Shown one piece after another: positions 1 through 12,689 of a stretch of 64,000 nt of DNA. Position numbers and translations under genes: made by a program. Every line of letters begins with the position of its first letter. Within the stretch, counting starts at the first letter, position 1. The DNA is taken from contig NW_025767457.1 of NCBI RefSeq assembly GCF_003918875.1, forward strand, positions 496,001 through 560,000, read 5' to 3'. This DNA comes from Haliotis rubra. Its lineage: Eukaryota. A model generated the notes under the pieces. That model worked only from the letters and a program-made list of their open reading frames with translations. It was not told the DNA's origin and did not search any database.

Positions 1-393
1 TCAGGGAGCTTTATGGGAGTTATAATCAGTAAATTACGACAGAAAAAGAATTTGACCACATATCTATCAACATCGAAAAATAGAAGGCCGTAATCAGCTT
101 TATTTTCACTCTCTGACTGCTTTGGTAATGCCGGTAAATACACTTTATGCTCTCTCTGGAAACTTAACTTATGTTTAGTGTTGTTAAGTACATGTATCTT
201 AATCTAAATCAAAGTATAGGTATATGTCACTATGTCTTTGAAGTATGATTCTCATTCAAGAGTTTAGAGGTTTGTGGGACTCGGTGTGCACTTCAAGTTG
301 CGTCCATTGACCACGACCGAAAGCTATGGTTACGTGGGAATGAATCCTGGTTCGCCACGATAATGTTTCTCGATCCGTCAGCAACGTACACGT

Positions 394-3010
394 GGGGATA
401 GAACAGGGAGAAAAACCAAGTAGATACTTTTTAAATTTGGAATTTAGAAATTTTCTAAACAAGTCTATATCAGAAATTAAAAAACCCCGATGGAACAACC
501 ATTAAAGATCAGGAAGAAATACTAAAGGACACCCAAACCTTTTATAAAAAAAACTTTATAAAAATGAAAACTGCACACAAATTAATCTTGACTCTTTGTT
601 AAACAAATACGATATACAAAAACTAAATGAAGACAGTGCCGCAACTTTAGAGGGAGAACTGACATATGGGGAAACCCTAGAAGGATTGAAAAAAATGAAA
701 TATGAAAAAAGTTCTGGACCAGACGGTTTTACAACAGAATTTCTAAAATTCTTTTGGATAGACTTAAACAAATTCTTGATAAATTCTTTAAATTATGCAT
801 ATCAAAACGAAAATCTATCAGTTACCCAGAAACAAGGATTAATTACATGCCTACCAAAAGAGAACAAACCAAAACTATTTTAAAAAACATTTGCGGCCAA
901 TTTCTCTCCTTAACACATCATATATAATTGCATCTGCGGTTATAGCCAATAGAATGAAAAAGATACTGCCACTATAAATAAATGATGATCAAAAAGGCTT
1001 TGTACCAGGAAGACATATTGGTGAGGTCACAAGGCTGATATATGATCTAATGGAGTACACAGAATCTTATCAAATTCCAGGAATATGAGTTCTAATTGAT
1101 TTTGAAAAGGCTTTTGGGTCAGTTGATAGAAATGTTATACTAAATGTGTCAAGATTCTTTAATTTCGGACCGAGTTTTCAGAAGTGGATTAGGACTTTTT
1201 TTAAAGATATGAAATCCAGTGTACTTGTAAATGGATTTGCGAACACCTTTTTTCCTATAGCCAGAGGTTGTCGTCAAGGAGATCCGGTATCACCATATAT
1301 TTTTATCTTATGTGCAGACATTTTGGCTATACTTATCAGAAATAATAAAAATATAAAAGGCATTAAAAAGGAAGTACTGAATATGTTCTTGAACAATTTG
1401 CTGACGATACTTCCCTACCTTCAGCTGGTACTGAGAGTAGTCTATATACCTTGCTGAACACTTTATCTTTCTTTGCAAGGTTTTCTGGCTTGAAAATTAA
1501 TGCTGACAAGGCAAGACTGATCTGGATAGGTTCTAAGAAAAGACGTAGATATAAAATCTGTAAAAACTGGAACTTAGATTGGACTCAAAGTAACTTTAAG
1601 CTACTGGGTATTATGTTTGATGTTGACCTTGACAAAATGGTGAAACTGAATTATGATAATAAATTTAAAAAGATAGAGAATGAAATGAAGTTATGGTCAA
1701 TAAGAACACTTGCTCCAATCGGTAGAAATGTTATTTTGAAATCACTATTACTTGCAAAATTAAACCATTTATCTTCCTCAATTCCATCACCCCTAGATGA
1801 AATAATAAATAAATTTCAACAAGACTGTTTCAAATTTGTATGGAAAGACAAACCTGATAAAATTAAAAGAGATGTATTAGCTATGCCACCTGAATATGGA
1901 GGAATTAGTGGCCCACTCATTAAGAACATTATTTATGCACACAAAATATCAAGGATAAAAGATTATATCCCAGTAGCTGCAAATGGAAAGCATTAGTGGA
2001 AAATTGTATACCTAACTACAGAAGGCTTTGGTTAGCTGATCCTGAATATATGGAAAAACACATAAAACCGTACTTCAGAAATCCTTTTGGAAAGATGTAA
2101 TCTCTGCATGGGGATCATATTTACAAAAGCATTATAAGACACTAAACTATGACATCTTAAAATGACATGTTAAACCAATGTGTTTGGTTTAATTATATGT
2201 TTAACATAGGTAACGAAACAATTGTTATAAACAATTGATACAATGCAGGAATACACTTTATTTATGATCTATTGACCCCAACTACAGGGGAATTCTATAC
2301 TTATGAAGAACTACAAAAATATGTCCAGTTAAAACAAATATCTTAAGATATCATAGTATCAAATCTTCCATAATTGCCTGCTTAAAGAGAAGACAAATCA
2401 CTCTTCCCAAAATACTACCATTTTCTCCAATACTACCATTCAATATATCAAAACTTAGTCTAAGGGGTAAAGGCCCCAAAACTATTTATGTTTCTTTACT
2501 TGACCCCAATTACAATAAGTCATATGCACATAAAAATTGGGAAAGTGTCTTTGAAACACAGTATGATAACAAAATGTTACGAAACATATATATGATGACA
2601 AATCGATGTACAACATGTAGTAACTTGAAATGGTTACAGATGAAGATATTATATGATATTTAACCAACAAACAATTTCTGAAATAGAATCGGTCTAAAGG
2701 ACACACCTTTATGTACATTCTGTTCAAAGGAATTAGAAACAAGTGTCCATCTACTCTGTAATTGTTGTCATGTTAAAAAGATTTGGGAGAGTTTGACCAG
2801 ATGGCTAATGACTGTAACTGAAGGCAACACTGACTTTAAACCAGAAAACATCTTACTTGGATTTAAAGGGAAACATAATAATTCATTAAATGCAATATGT
2901 CTTGTTGTGAAACAGGTAATATGCACAAAAAAATGAAACATGTTCCAAATTTCAAGCATGTAGTAAGGGAGATATCAAAATACTATGAAATTACAAAATA
3001 TAATGCCCTT
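394..3010 (+). mobile_element. Degenerate, doubly truncated Tx1/L1-clade LINE ORF2 (reverse transcriptase), pseudogenised
   Basis: Translations GEKPSRYFLNLE, KSSGPDGFTTEF, RPISLLN, DFEKAF, RGCRQGDPVSPYIF, QFADDT, SGLKIN; many stops and frameshifts; absent from the paralogous right arm. Confidence 0.92.
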
Positions 3011-3394
3011 CACGGAACTTTAGGAGCAGGGTGTATATTTAAGGTATAGTGTTTATCAGGGCATTTTAGAATTTTATGAAGTTTTAATTGTAATGAGAAT
3101 AATGACATGATGTTTAGATAAAAGCGATAAACCCCTTTTTCCATCTGTCAAAATGGTTGAATTTCAGTCAAAATTTGGAATATTTTACTCGTTTCTGTCA
3201 ATTTCGTGTTCGTTTAAGCCTAAACATCATGAACTAGTGTTCGTTACAATGGATCAATAACTGCACTGTCGTGTCACTGGATTTTCTGGTCCATCGATAT
3301 TGATTGATTTTCTGGTTTGCGTACATGCCACCGTCACATGGCAAAAGACCTGGTTGCGGCTTCCGGCATAATGCTTACATGTTTAATAAAATTT

Positions 3395-3660
3395 CGGGTG
3401 TTACCTGTAGGGCAGGGTCTGCTTAAACAATTGGGGAACACCAGGGGTCATCACTTATGTTCAGTGGCCCATTCATATTATTTATCGGTACTTTGCCCTC
3501 TACGCCAAATGGAATATGTCTGAATGTTGTTTGTTTTCTTGCATCAATGTTGTATATGTTTTTGAACTGGGTCGATGTTTCTGCTGGTGAACTGAAGTCT
3601 CCAACTTTTATCATAAGCCCAGTAGCATTCATCTATGTTGTGTTACTTGAAAAGGAATGT
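3395..3660 (+). mobile_element. Possible PLE terminal-repeat (pLTR)-like fragment; paralog at ~37075-37280 (-)
   Basis: cgggtgttacctgtagggcagggtctgctta...ggggaacacc resembles the 3' ends of abundant molluscan PLEs as I recall them; not verified. Confidence 0.35.
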
Positions 3661-4486
3661 TTGGATTAAATTAAAACTGGCTGGTTCGTGTCGATGGTGT
3701 GTACTTATGGATAATGCATTGGCAGTGTGATCAGTTTAATATCACATGAGATGGATGAGTCGGTGTGTGCGGAGTTAACATGTCGTCGGTATTGCTCAAC
3801 CATATAGAGATCACTTGAGATGAAGGGTAGAAAGGGAATTTGACAAATGTATAATCTTCACGTTGTCGCGAGACATCAGCAGGTGCTTCCATGAATTGAT
3901 CTAGACGTGAGTCAAACCATGGTAGATTGATTATCTTGTTGATGAGAAAATCAAGATGACCTTTATGGCGACTGAGACAATGAAATAGGAGTGATGGAAA
4001 ACGGCGCCAACACGAATCAAATACTAATGTGATCAACTCTTGCGTATAAATATCCTATTAATGCTTCATGTTATGGTGAACCAGGTTTCATATGATAGGG
4101 CCAAACGAATGTTGTGGTAAATCATTTTTGCTCTAATTAATCATAGTTTATGCACACACCCTAATGGCCTCATACTCATAGACCATCTCGCATCAAATCA
4201 CTCACACAACGACCTACCTTGAACACAAACTGAGCCTCACATATTTACACACATTGTACACAAAACCTCACACATCATGCATTGCCAAACTTAGACATTC
4301 ATGCAATCAGTCATTTACGGCATATATGCAATCAATCATGCTACCACTCTTGTTCATGTAGACATGGGGTTTGATTTCAGAAACGAATTAGAAAATGTAT
4401 AAACCACATCTTGTGAATAATTTTCTTGCCCGACAGTTTGTGTTTCAACATACGTGTTACATAACAGTTTGTAAGGACATTTGTAA

Positions 4487-4590
4487 TATGTCGTGGGTAA
4501 TATATATATTACCCATATATATATATATTTATGGGTAATATATTATATATATAATTACCCAGTGAATTAATATAAATTACCCACGACATA
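4487..4590. repeat. Nested AT-rich palindrome
   Basis: Begins tatgtcgtgggtaat and ends attacccacgacata (perfect inverted repeat), with internal gggtaat/attaccc inversions separated by (TA)n. Confidence 0.85.
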
Positions 4591-4604
4591 CATACACACA
4601 CACA

Positions 4605-5680
4605 CACGGGGCCGTGGTTCCAGTTTCACTTCTCCGTGCTTGTGGTCCTATTTCCAAACGCTCGGGGGTCTCAGTGGATCAGAGAACTTCATAAATCAAT
4701 AAATCAATAAACCGAGGACTCCTGTCCTGATATACACTAGTAGGAGTGAGTAGGTCCCGTGAAATGGCCCAATTAATCCCGTAGAAAGACGCCGATCAAC
4801 AAAAGAGGGTCAATGCTATTGCATAATCTCTTATTTCTTCCACTTACATTCTTTAAACTAACTGATTGGTTGAATGTCTTGATGCCATTTGTCTCTGTGT
4901 TCCATTCAAAGATCTAAGGCGCCGCAACTCTCTATACATGGTTGCGTGCTTCAGGCGTGTAAGAAACATATGACTGTGTGGTCGAATATGTATCAGATTA
5001 TTGTTTGTCAGTAGTAAATCTCTATGAATTTCCTCCCACAGTGACGTGATATATTTGAAATATGTTCAAAGAGACTTTGCAAAAACTTACTAACTCTTTT
5101 GAAACATACTGGACATGTCCAGTTGAAACCCTATTAATTGTTTGCCATCCCAATCCCTAGCTCCAGCTTCATCAGAACTAATATACTGACATAATATCAA
5201 CTGCCTGTCTGAAAAAATATGTCTTTAGAATGAATGTATTCAGTCCACATCAGTAAATAGTTCAACTAATCAGCCTTTCATATAGCACTGAGCCAATCAA
5301 ACTTGGCATCGTGAACAATTAGTGTTCTTTGAGTTGTAGCACTACCAGGTAGGTTTTATAGATATTTCAATCAACGTATGATGGAAGGAACACTGAATGG
5401 CCGGAAGGTCTCATAGATCTTTCACAATCGGAAATTGGAATGCCATAAAACACCAATTATCTGCTTCTACACTCTTTATACATTTTGCTAGAGTCTGTTT
5501 TCATGTATGCCAAATCACTTTAAAAACCGAAACATACTGAATACCCTAGTGGAAAATAGATTGATGCGTTTGATGCTACATCCCCTGGTTCAGTGTCAGT
5601 CCCCAGTGCCTGATGTGAACACATTAATTCATGAGGGTAGACTCACATCCATTATCCTTGGATTCTGTCCTCTTTCTGTG
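4605..5680 (-). pseudogene. PLE RT relics in the inverted arm (paralog of 33150-34245)
   Basis: Close reverse complement of the 33150-34245 block that carries KQIIGV / YGIPI / VFLPSY / PWFIDL motifs. Confidence 0.6.
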
Positions 5681-6239
5681 ACAGGCATACAAATGTATAT
5701 CTCTAAAGAATTGACATTTTAATGTAGTCACGCCATTGAGAAGGTCACAGGATTTCGACAATGCCTTACATACACGACTGGTCATTGGTGTTTGCCGGAA
5801 TGTATAATGATTAGCGTCATCAGCAGTCATAATGTGGTTCCTTGTTATTTCTACATTTATTCAGGACGTTGCCAAACAGAATAACGTAACGAATGTTATG
5901 CCAATGTTGACACTCATCATAAGCAAATTAACAATTTTAATGTACTTCAGTGTTCTCCATTTCACATGTCTTGCTCTTTGGATACAAGTACCATATTGGG
6001 ATTCTGGGTTACAACTGGTCTCTAGCAATCTACGCTGCACGTAAAAGGCGTTTCTCAACATTTCACTGGATGTTCTGGTTCAGACATGATTATTTACAGG
6101 CCGCCTCATGTGGCTGAAATATCGCGGCGGTAAACGAAAAACATTCAGACATAACGCAACGAAATCGCCAAAGCGAATTATCTAGGTTTGGGGACTGGCT
6201 GCAAGCAACGTTCCGGGAATGCAGGTCAGTGTCGATGAT

Positions 6240-6770
6240 GCCTCCATCCATGAAGCTCTCTTTGACCAGTGTAGCCATCATCCTTACGGTCCAGAATGAC
6301 ATCCTGTCCCTTTGGGACTGGCCGACCCATACACGGCTTGCGATGAATGATGAGACCATCAGTGTATTCACATGGAAATTATCAGCTGTAATATATGACT
6401 TTTAATGAAGTTGGTTCTCGGTGAAGCGGTGGAGAGTACTGTTTTCAATTAGTCATGTATGATAAAGGTATTGCTAAAGACGAGGCACAGGAAAGCTAAA
6501 GTTCCTACTTGAATATCCATCCGCCTTTAATACTTGACTAATTCATTGCAAGGAACTGGCAATCTGCAACGTGATATACGAGAATGGGATAATTGATCGG
6601 ATGTCAGAAGCTTTTGAACGCAACGAGCTGAAATAATCGAACTCATATCTCCTCATATAGGTAACATTAGGTGTTAAGCTTTTTTCTGAAAGTATTCGTC
6701 ACGTTCCTTAAGTTTTTCCATCTTCCAAAGGTGAAATATCCTATCTTATTTCACTTACTTTTCACTCTCA
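6240..6770 (-). pseudogene. PLE RT relic in the inverted arm (paralog of 30975-31440)
   Basis: Minus strand gives STLHRFTENQLH*KSYITADNFHVN, then DGLIIHRKPCMGRPVPKGQD; compare KKYTExDIIKMLEFLIDNIYV..GGxVFxQxVGIPMGTN. Confidence 0.65.
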
Positions 6771-6924
6771 TTTTTGTTGTTGATATAGCCGTTTAGCATT
6801 ACGTTATGTCCACAACAAAAGATTTCATGCATATTCATTTCCTTCTATGCGAATATCAGAACTTAATCACCAAATTTCTTATCTTAACTTTATATCGTTA
6901 TTACGAAGACATTTATACTGCTTT

Positions 6925-7169
6925 GAAAATGGTGACCTACCTTCGGTGGCTGGCGATCTACAGCCAATTTTTATGTTGTAATGTCCTACATAGTATCTAA
7001 TTTTAAGTTACATGCTAGTTTTCAATCTCTTACTGTGATATACTAGTTGTTTTACTGCCCTTTTATGACGGATTTTTATACAATTAGAATTCTAAAGTAT
7101 TAACTGTTCTAGTTACGATATGGCTGAAATATTGCCAAAGTGACTTTAAATTTTAACTCACTCACTCAC
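6925..7169 (+). mobile_element. LINE 3'-UTR-like repeat (family C) ending in (ACTC)n
   Basis: Matches copies at 50315-50539 (+), 21492-21736 (-), 44495-44640 (-), 14797-14860 (-), 15045-15100 (-); ends gatatggctgaaatattgcc...aactcactcact. Confidence 0.7.
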
Positions 7170-7394
7170 TGCTTTGAAAAAAGCCCAGATTCTTCAGATT
7201 TTCTTTATTTGCAATACAGTGACATATGCCAGTAGGTTGCTATTATGAGCCGTACACAGTCAGGGACCAAGGATACGCAACATGTAGGTACGTTCTCGGC
7301 GTTATATAAACTCAGGTCTTTAAGTATCTTATTTTCACTCATTTTGCGAGTAACCGTAATTGAGCTACCGTACAAATAATGCATTGACGAATTA

Positions 7395-7611
7395 GTGAAA
7401 CGTGACTTTCTTAGGGAAGTAGCGACTAACGGGATCGGGTGGTCAGGATCGCTGACTTCATTGACAGATGTCATCGGTTCCCAGTTGCGCAGATCGATGC
7501 TCATGTTGTTGATCACTGGATTGTCTGGTCCAGACTCGCTTCTTTACAAAACGCCGCCATATAGCTGGAATATTGCTGAGTGCGGCGTAAAACTAAAATC
7601 ACTCACTCACT
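7395..7611 (+). mobile_element. SINE-like repeat family A
   Basis: gcgactaacgggatcgggtggtcagg...ctggattgtctggtccagactcg...gctggaatattgctgagtgcggcgtaaa; more than 10 copies in the window. Confidence 0.85.
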
Positions 7612-7689
7612 TAGGGAAGAACATTACAATAGCATGGTCGTGAGTAGTCTTGAGTACAGGGTCATAAATCAGGTGATCGCGAAGAGTCC

Positions 7690-7925
7690 TTGGCTACTGA
7701 GCGTTCTGGGGCCTCGTCCTGCTCCATACTGAGGCACATATAGAACATACCTTTGTTCGAAATATGCCTCTGTTCACCCAACAGTGAATGTGGTTATAAG
7801 GTGGCGTAAACCCTCCAGTGCCTCACAGGAAGCTTTGGTTGTATATTTCCAAGGGTGTTGATAATGAAAATCGCTTTGAGCATGCTTTAGGTTTAGAATT
7901 GACCAATGTGCACTATGTTAAAACA
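7690..7925 (+). mobile_element. Degenerate Deu/Nin-domain-like SINE
   Basis: tgcctctgttcacccaacag core shared with the 54077-54455 element. Confidence 0.5.
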
Positions 7926-8300
7926 ACATGCATACATGTAATGATGCAACCTTTATCTGTTATTCGCCAGGGTGTACTCTTGACATTAACGTTGATCCTG
8001 AAGAATCGCATGCAGTTTCTTTAACCTGGTGTTTCCAGAAAATAACAAATAATAAACATTGTGCATAACATGAACAGTTATCTGAACCCGTGCATTATTG
8101 TTAATATTAGTGTTCTGCCATTATAGTGTTCCACTTGTAGTCAATCTTACAGTGTCAGATCAAACCCCAGTCAAGAGATCAGGTTCATCCTTGAAATCAG
8201 TCAACAAGCATGCACTGAAACCTTTCTTTTCTACTTAAATCGTCTCATATCTGGGAAATAAGGAATCCGTGCACAAAGACCACATGAAATCTGAGTAATA

Positions 8301-9205
8301 TAGTATGACCAGAAATTATTGAGAATTTTAGGAATATGTTTAATTGGATTTCTAGTTTAAACAACCTTGACCAGCTATCAAGTGCTTGGTTTCATTCAAG
8401 AAAGACAACTCCGTTAATCCTTTTTCATTAGTTTGTGAAGAGTTATCCCCCTTTGTTTACTTGCTAGCAGACGACATTTTCAGCGATCCTCAGTTTGGAT
8501 GATTTAGAGAAGAGGAAGTTGATTTTAGAGTATTATAACAAGGACATCAGATCAGCTAAAGTGATTTCAAGTAGAACAGGCATCCCTTTGTACACTGTTT
8601 ATCGTGTTTTGAAAAATATTGCAAATGGATATGACATTGAGCACCAGGGAGGCGCAGGTAGGCCCAGAAAAATTGACTGTCGGTGACGGGAGGTGGCTTG
8701 GTATTCTTGTTTCTAAAAACAAACGGAGTTTAGAAAACTTAAGGCTGGATATGATTGATAGAGGAACTGTGGCTGTCTGTAAGGAGACAATTAGAACTGA
8801 GCTGCATGCAATGAGTTGGCAGAAAAGTCGATGAATTCCATCACCGATCATGAAACCTGAACAAAAGGAGCGAAGGTTGAACTGGTGCTTACAGCATAGA
8901 AATTTTAACTGGGACAATGTGATTTTCTCGGATGAAAGTTCTATGTGGCTGTTTCCTAATACACTGAAATTCTGGACCAAATAAACTGAAAAACCTTTGT
9001 ATTAGCGCCCAAAGTACAGTCCGAAATATAACGTGTGGGGTAGCATATCTGTGTTAGGGGCAACGCCCCTCTATGTATTTGAAGGGAATATGAACAGTGA
9101 GCGGTACACAGATATTCTCGAGGGACATTAACTTCCATCTGCTCACGTGTTCTATGGAAAGTTTTGAATTTTCCAGCAGGACAACGACCCAAAACATCGT
9201 TCATC
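8301..9205 (+). mobile_element. Tc1 family A, copy 1 (3'-truncated, frameshifted transposase)
   Basis: TA at 8299-8300, then TIR tagtatgaccagaaattattgagaat; near-identical to 34392-35300; FSDES and QQDNDPKH present; ends abruptly at ~9205. Confidence 0.92.
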
Positions 9206-9207
9206 TT

Positions 9208-9440
9208 CTAAAGCGCACAGTCCCCAAACACCAAGTGATTGATGGCGGCGCGTAATCAGAATCTGATTCTTATTACCCCGGATAACCAAAGCTGCCTGTT
9301 AGGCGCTAGAAGGTTATAGTCACATGACTTTATCCAACCGGGTACCCATTTTCTGCTGGGTGAACAGAGGCAATTTGGAACAAACTCACTTGCCAAAGGT
9401 GAGACCATATGTATCACATGTGCTTCGTTGTGGGGCAGGA
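9208..9440 (-). mobile_element. Partial copy of the Deu/Nin-like SINE (body only)
   Basis: Close match to 54140-54326. Confidence 0.8.
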
Positions 9441-9444
9441 CCAT

Positions 9445-10030
9445 TGGTTAGATCCATTGATTGAGTGATGTCTACCAAAGAACTATGTAATTGTGCAGCA
9501 ATATAAAAAGGCCTGTAGGTAATCAACTCTGAACCAGACAATGTTTGGCCAAATGTTCAATCATCGTGGAAATATTTACTGCTGGAATATTTATAATAAA
9601 AGCAGTGTTTTCTTTAATTTCTTGATAACCACACCAGATTGTGCTTTCTAAATTTGAAACAGGTATATGACCGGTGTGTCTGTATGTCAGTTGATGTCTA
9701 CAGTCTACCAGTTAGCGCCACTGGCACATGAGACATCGGAGGGTATTTTGGATCATATAACACATTGTCTTTGAATCAATCATTCCAAGGATAGTCATAA
9801 GGTAAAAGCCCGTATTTGGTTTTTAATGATAACCAAACAAACATGTGAAAAACTGTGAGAAAAATTCATATCCATAGCTTGATCTCAAGGCTATTTGGAA
9901 CATTTGTCTCCTTTTACCTATGAGCACTGAGTATACGACATATAAATACGTGTTGTGTTAAAAGACCTTCAAAGCAGTGCCTATACCTTTAGTGTCATAG
10001 ATCGGAGAAATTCACAAGAATACAATACAG
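9445..10030 (+). pseudogene. Hyper-diverged PLE RT relics
   Basis: RSID*V and DVY..KEL (~9449-9486); TTYKYVLC, SAYTF, EKFT (~9934-10020); compare RYIDDV, DIYPKEL, RRYKYLVL, KKFT. Confidence 0.45.
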
Positions 10031-11165
10031 TCAAAGAAACATTTCACCGACCACTAAGACATAAGCGTCTCTTACAAGTCAAGTATAACATAACATTTGG
10101 GAAATAATAATGCTCAACAGGTTCGGGAACGAAAATAGCAAACGTGAGTGTATTTGAAATGCTGTTCAGAAAGAAAGAAAAAAGAAAGAAAGAAGAATTT
10201 TTCAAGAATACAGGCTAAGAAATATTTTACCAATAACCAAAGTTATAGGCAATGGTAGTACGTTACCATGTCTGTGGAATGTTTCTCAAACCATAATGCC
10301 CAACAGGTTCGAAAACGAAAATAGCAAACAAGAGGGGATTGGAAATTTGGAAATCAAAGTAAACCCCTGAATCGTCCAGTACACAGAGCAAAACTGCCTT
10401 ATGCAATGTCTATATAAGTACTGTGCTCACTGACCATACTACACGAAAAACTAAGATCTGGTGTATTTGAAATCTTTTTGGTCGTCGAGTTTGATGTCCT
10501 TTACATTGGAAATGAACCTCTGTGAAAATAATTATAAGTAAACATGTGCATGTTTCAATGATCACATCAGCTTAGGCAACCTTCTTTTGATGTAGGTAAT
10601 CAATACAGAACAAGTTATCTAGAGTTAACCAGACTACATCAGTGATCAATACATCGGTATTCAATACACCAAAGCTGTGGAAAACGTTTGCTACCATATT
10701 CTGTAAAACACATCCACACATGTCCACATACTTTAGATACGTTTGATCACGTCCATGGTGTTGGATATTCACAATGTGTTAAAGAAGTATCAACACGGGA
10801 TCAAAAGTAGGGAATCTAAGTAAACCATTGTGAGAACATGAAACTCTCACTAGCTAAGTAGTTAACAGAGAACGAAGTTCAAATAAACGTCTTATTGACT
10901 GTTGTAGCAGGGATGCAAATACAACTTTCTTATTACACAAATTCCAATATGAGTTAGAAAATAGTTCTGTGATATAAAACAGCAACGTGAGTGAATACCG
11001 ATTCTCGACTGGCTCTGTTTTTATATGTGCAAAGTGTTCTGTGAATGTAAACCATGAGCACATTTCCTATTTGAATGCTTCGTTTTGACAATATCGATAA
11101 ACCATCAATGATTACCTATACTTTAACAGTTACTATTTCCTCTTGCGTTGTGTTATATATTCATC

Positions 11166-11917
11166 TTTTTCCCCTTTCCGCGCGATGCGGGGGGATATAA
11201 TATTAGGCTCCGTCCGTCCGTCCGTACGTACGTACATACGAATTGGAATATCCTAAGAACCGTTGACTAGATTCTTTTCATACCTGGTACGTAGGTCCAT
11301 CATTTCAAGGTTACAAGGGTACTTTAACGTTTTACCCTTGTCAGCGAGACATCTCAAGAACCGTTCACTGGATTTTGGTGACCTTCACGTAAGGTCACGG
11401 CGACACTTTGAAGATTTCAGCATGTTAACCTGCTTGTTAAGTTTGTCAGCGAGATACCTCAAGAACATTCACTGGATTTTCTTTACATTTGACACTAAGC
11501 TTTCTCTAGGAAACGCGCAGGTCCCAGTCGATTTTGGTGACCTTCACATATTTTTCAAGGTCAGGGCGACACTTTGAAGATTTCAGCATGTTAAGATTGT
11601 CAACAAGATATCTCAAGAACGGTTCACTGGATTTTCTTCATAGACTTTCAAGATTTCTCTTAAATGTTGTTTGATAAGCAATTTCATTACTTTTTTCATA
11701 TTTCATACACTAAGACATTTATGTCAAGGTCAAAGTCTTGAAAATATTTGTGTGTTTGAACAGCTACAGAGCAAGATATCAAGAGAGATTGACTGGTCAT
11801 GGTTTAGTTGACATTTAACTTCATCTTAAATTACGACCTTCACTTTCATTATTTTTAACTTTGACTTGATAATTTGCGGCGGGGGGTTATGTCACCTTAG
11901 TGACAACAGTCTGTCTT
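11166..11917 (+). mobile_element. Non-autonomous Helentron/HINE (DINE-1/pearl-like) with internal tandem repeats
   Basis: 5' hairpin cccc..ccgc/gcgggggg, (GTCC)n/(GTAC)n microsatellite, repeated core (gtcagcgagata..tcaagaac..ttcactggatttt..ggtgaccttcac..aaggtca), 3' gcggcgggggg and terminal hairpin tgtcac-ctta-gtgaca. Confidence 0.8.
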
Positions 11918-11959
11918 TCTATTTATGACAGTCGTTTCTGTCTTTGCTCAGATTCTTTG

Positions 11960-12140
11960 CATAACATTTGGACAAGCATCTGGCAAAGCTATGTCATAAT
12001 TTGTCAAGTGACATTATATTCCGTCTTTCAGATAATCATGGTTTTCATGAGTATAGCTTCAGAGTAACAGATATTTCCTCAGAAGAAATACACGAACTAA
12101 ATGAGGCCTTCATCTGCACACTGTTTTCGTGACTTCAAAC
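11960..12140 (+). pseudogene. Hyper-diverged PLE RT relic (palm/thumb)
   Basis: DKHLAK..SDIIFRLSDNHGFHEY..QIFPQK..PSSAHCFRDF; compare KLAKSF..IDDVLSLNNxxFxEY..LIYPxE..SASYLDL. Confidence 0.55.
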
Positions 12141-12376
12141 CATCAATTAGCATCATAGACAGTTCCAGATAATAAAACGTCAAACTGGAACATCTCCAGC
12201 ACAGGCTCCAAATAACAAAAGACTATGTTATAGGATGGACACAATGATGTGTTTGTGATCGTGGCTGCTGTTGAGACTGAAAACAAACAGGCACATGGTG
12301 TGACTCAAATCGTGTTCTCTATGTCAGTAAGAATCTTTAAATATATGAAGTATATCCGTTTGAATATGAAGGTAGC

Positions 12377-12435
12377 AAACAACAACTACAACAGCAGCAG
12401 CAACAACATCATCAACAACAACAATAATAACAACA
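12377..12435. repeat. (CAA/CAG/AAT)n microsatellite
   Basis: Direct reading. Confidence 0.85.
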
Positions 12436-12689
12436 CTTCTGTGACCTGAAACCCACCAACAAAGAAACTGAAAATATTATATTTTTTTAGTCTCCCTTTT
12501 TTAAGGCCTTTATATTTAGGCGTCATTGGAAATTATTTAACTGTAAATCAGCATGTCGACTGGGTGCTTAGCCTTCAAATGTAGAAATGTGAGTGTCTTG
12601 GCATTATCATTCACATTAATGATAACTATCATTATGGGACGTATGCTGACAACTAAACCGAATTGATTTAGATGAATAGAAAGAACTGG

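Larger units (their letters stand above)
1..8300 (-). repeat. Left arm of a large inverted segmental duplication (partner ~27833-41370); continues off the window edge
   Basis: Reverse-complement matches read directly: 1-396 vs 40975-41370; ~3230-4480 vs ~36000-37400; 4605-5860 vs 32915-34245; 6220-6770 vs 30975-31480; 7830-8120 vs 29729-30060; 8130-8300 vs 27833-28000. Confidence 0.92.

Noticed and set aside
3731-4036. 101-aa minus-strand ORF as a host exon
   Set aside because: The paralog (36750-37000) has a stop and indels; there is only weak PLE-like similarity (HLDF, RQREDYTFVKFPF)
9470-9490. Extension of the inverted arm via a short match to ~27345-27360
   Set aside because: Only ~14 bp with no flanking collinearity; local RT motifs are on the + strand, so the arm ends at 8300
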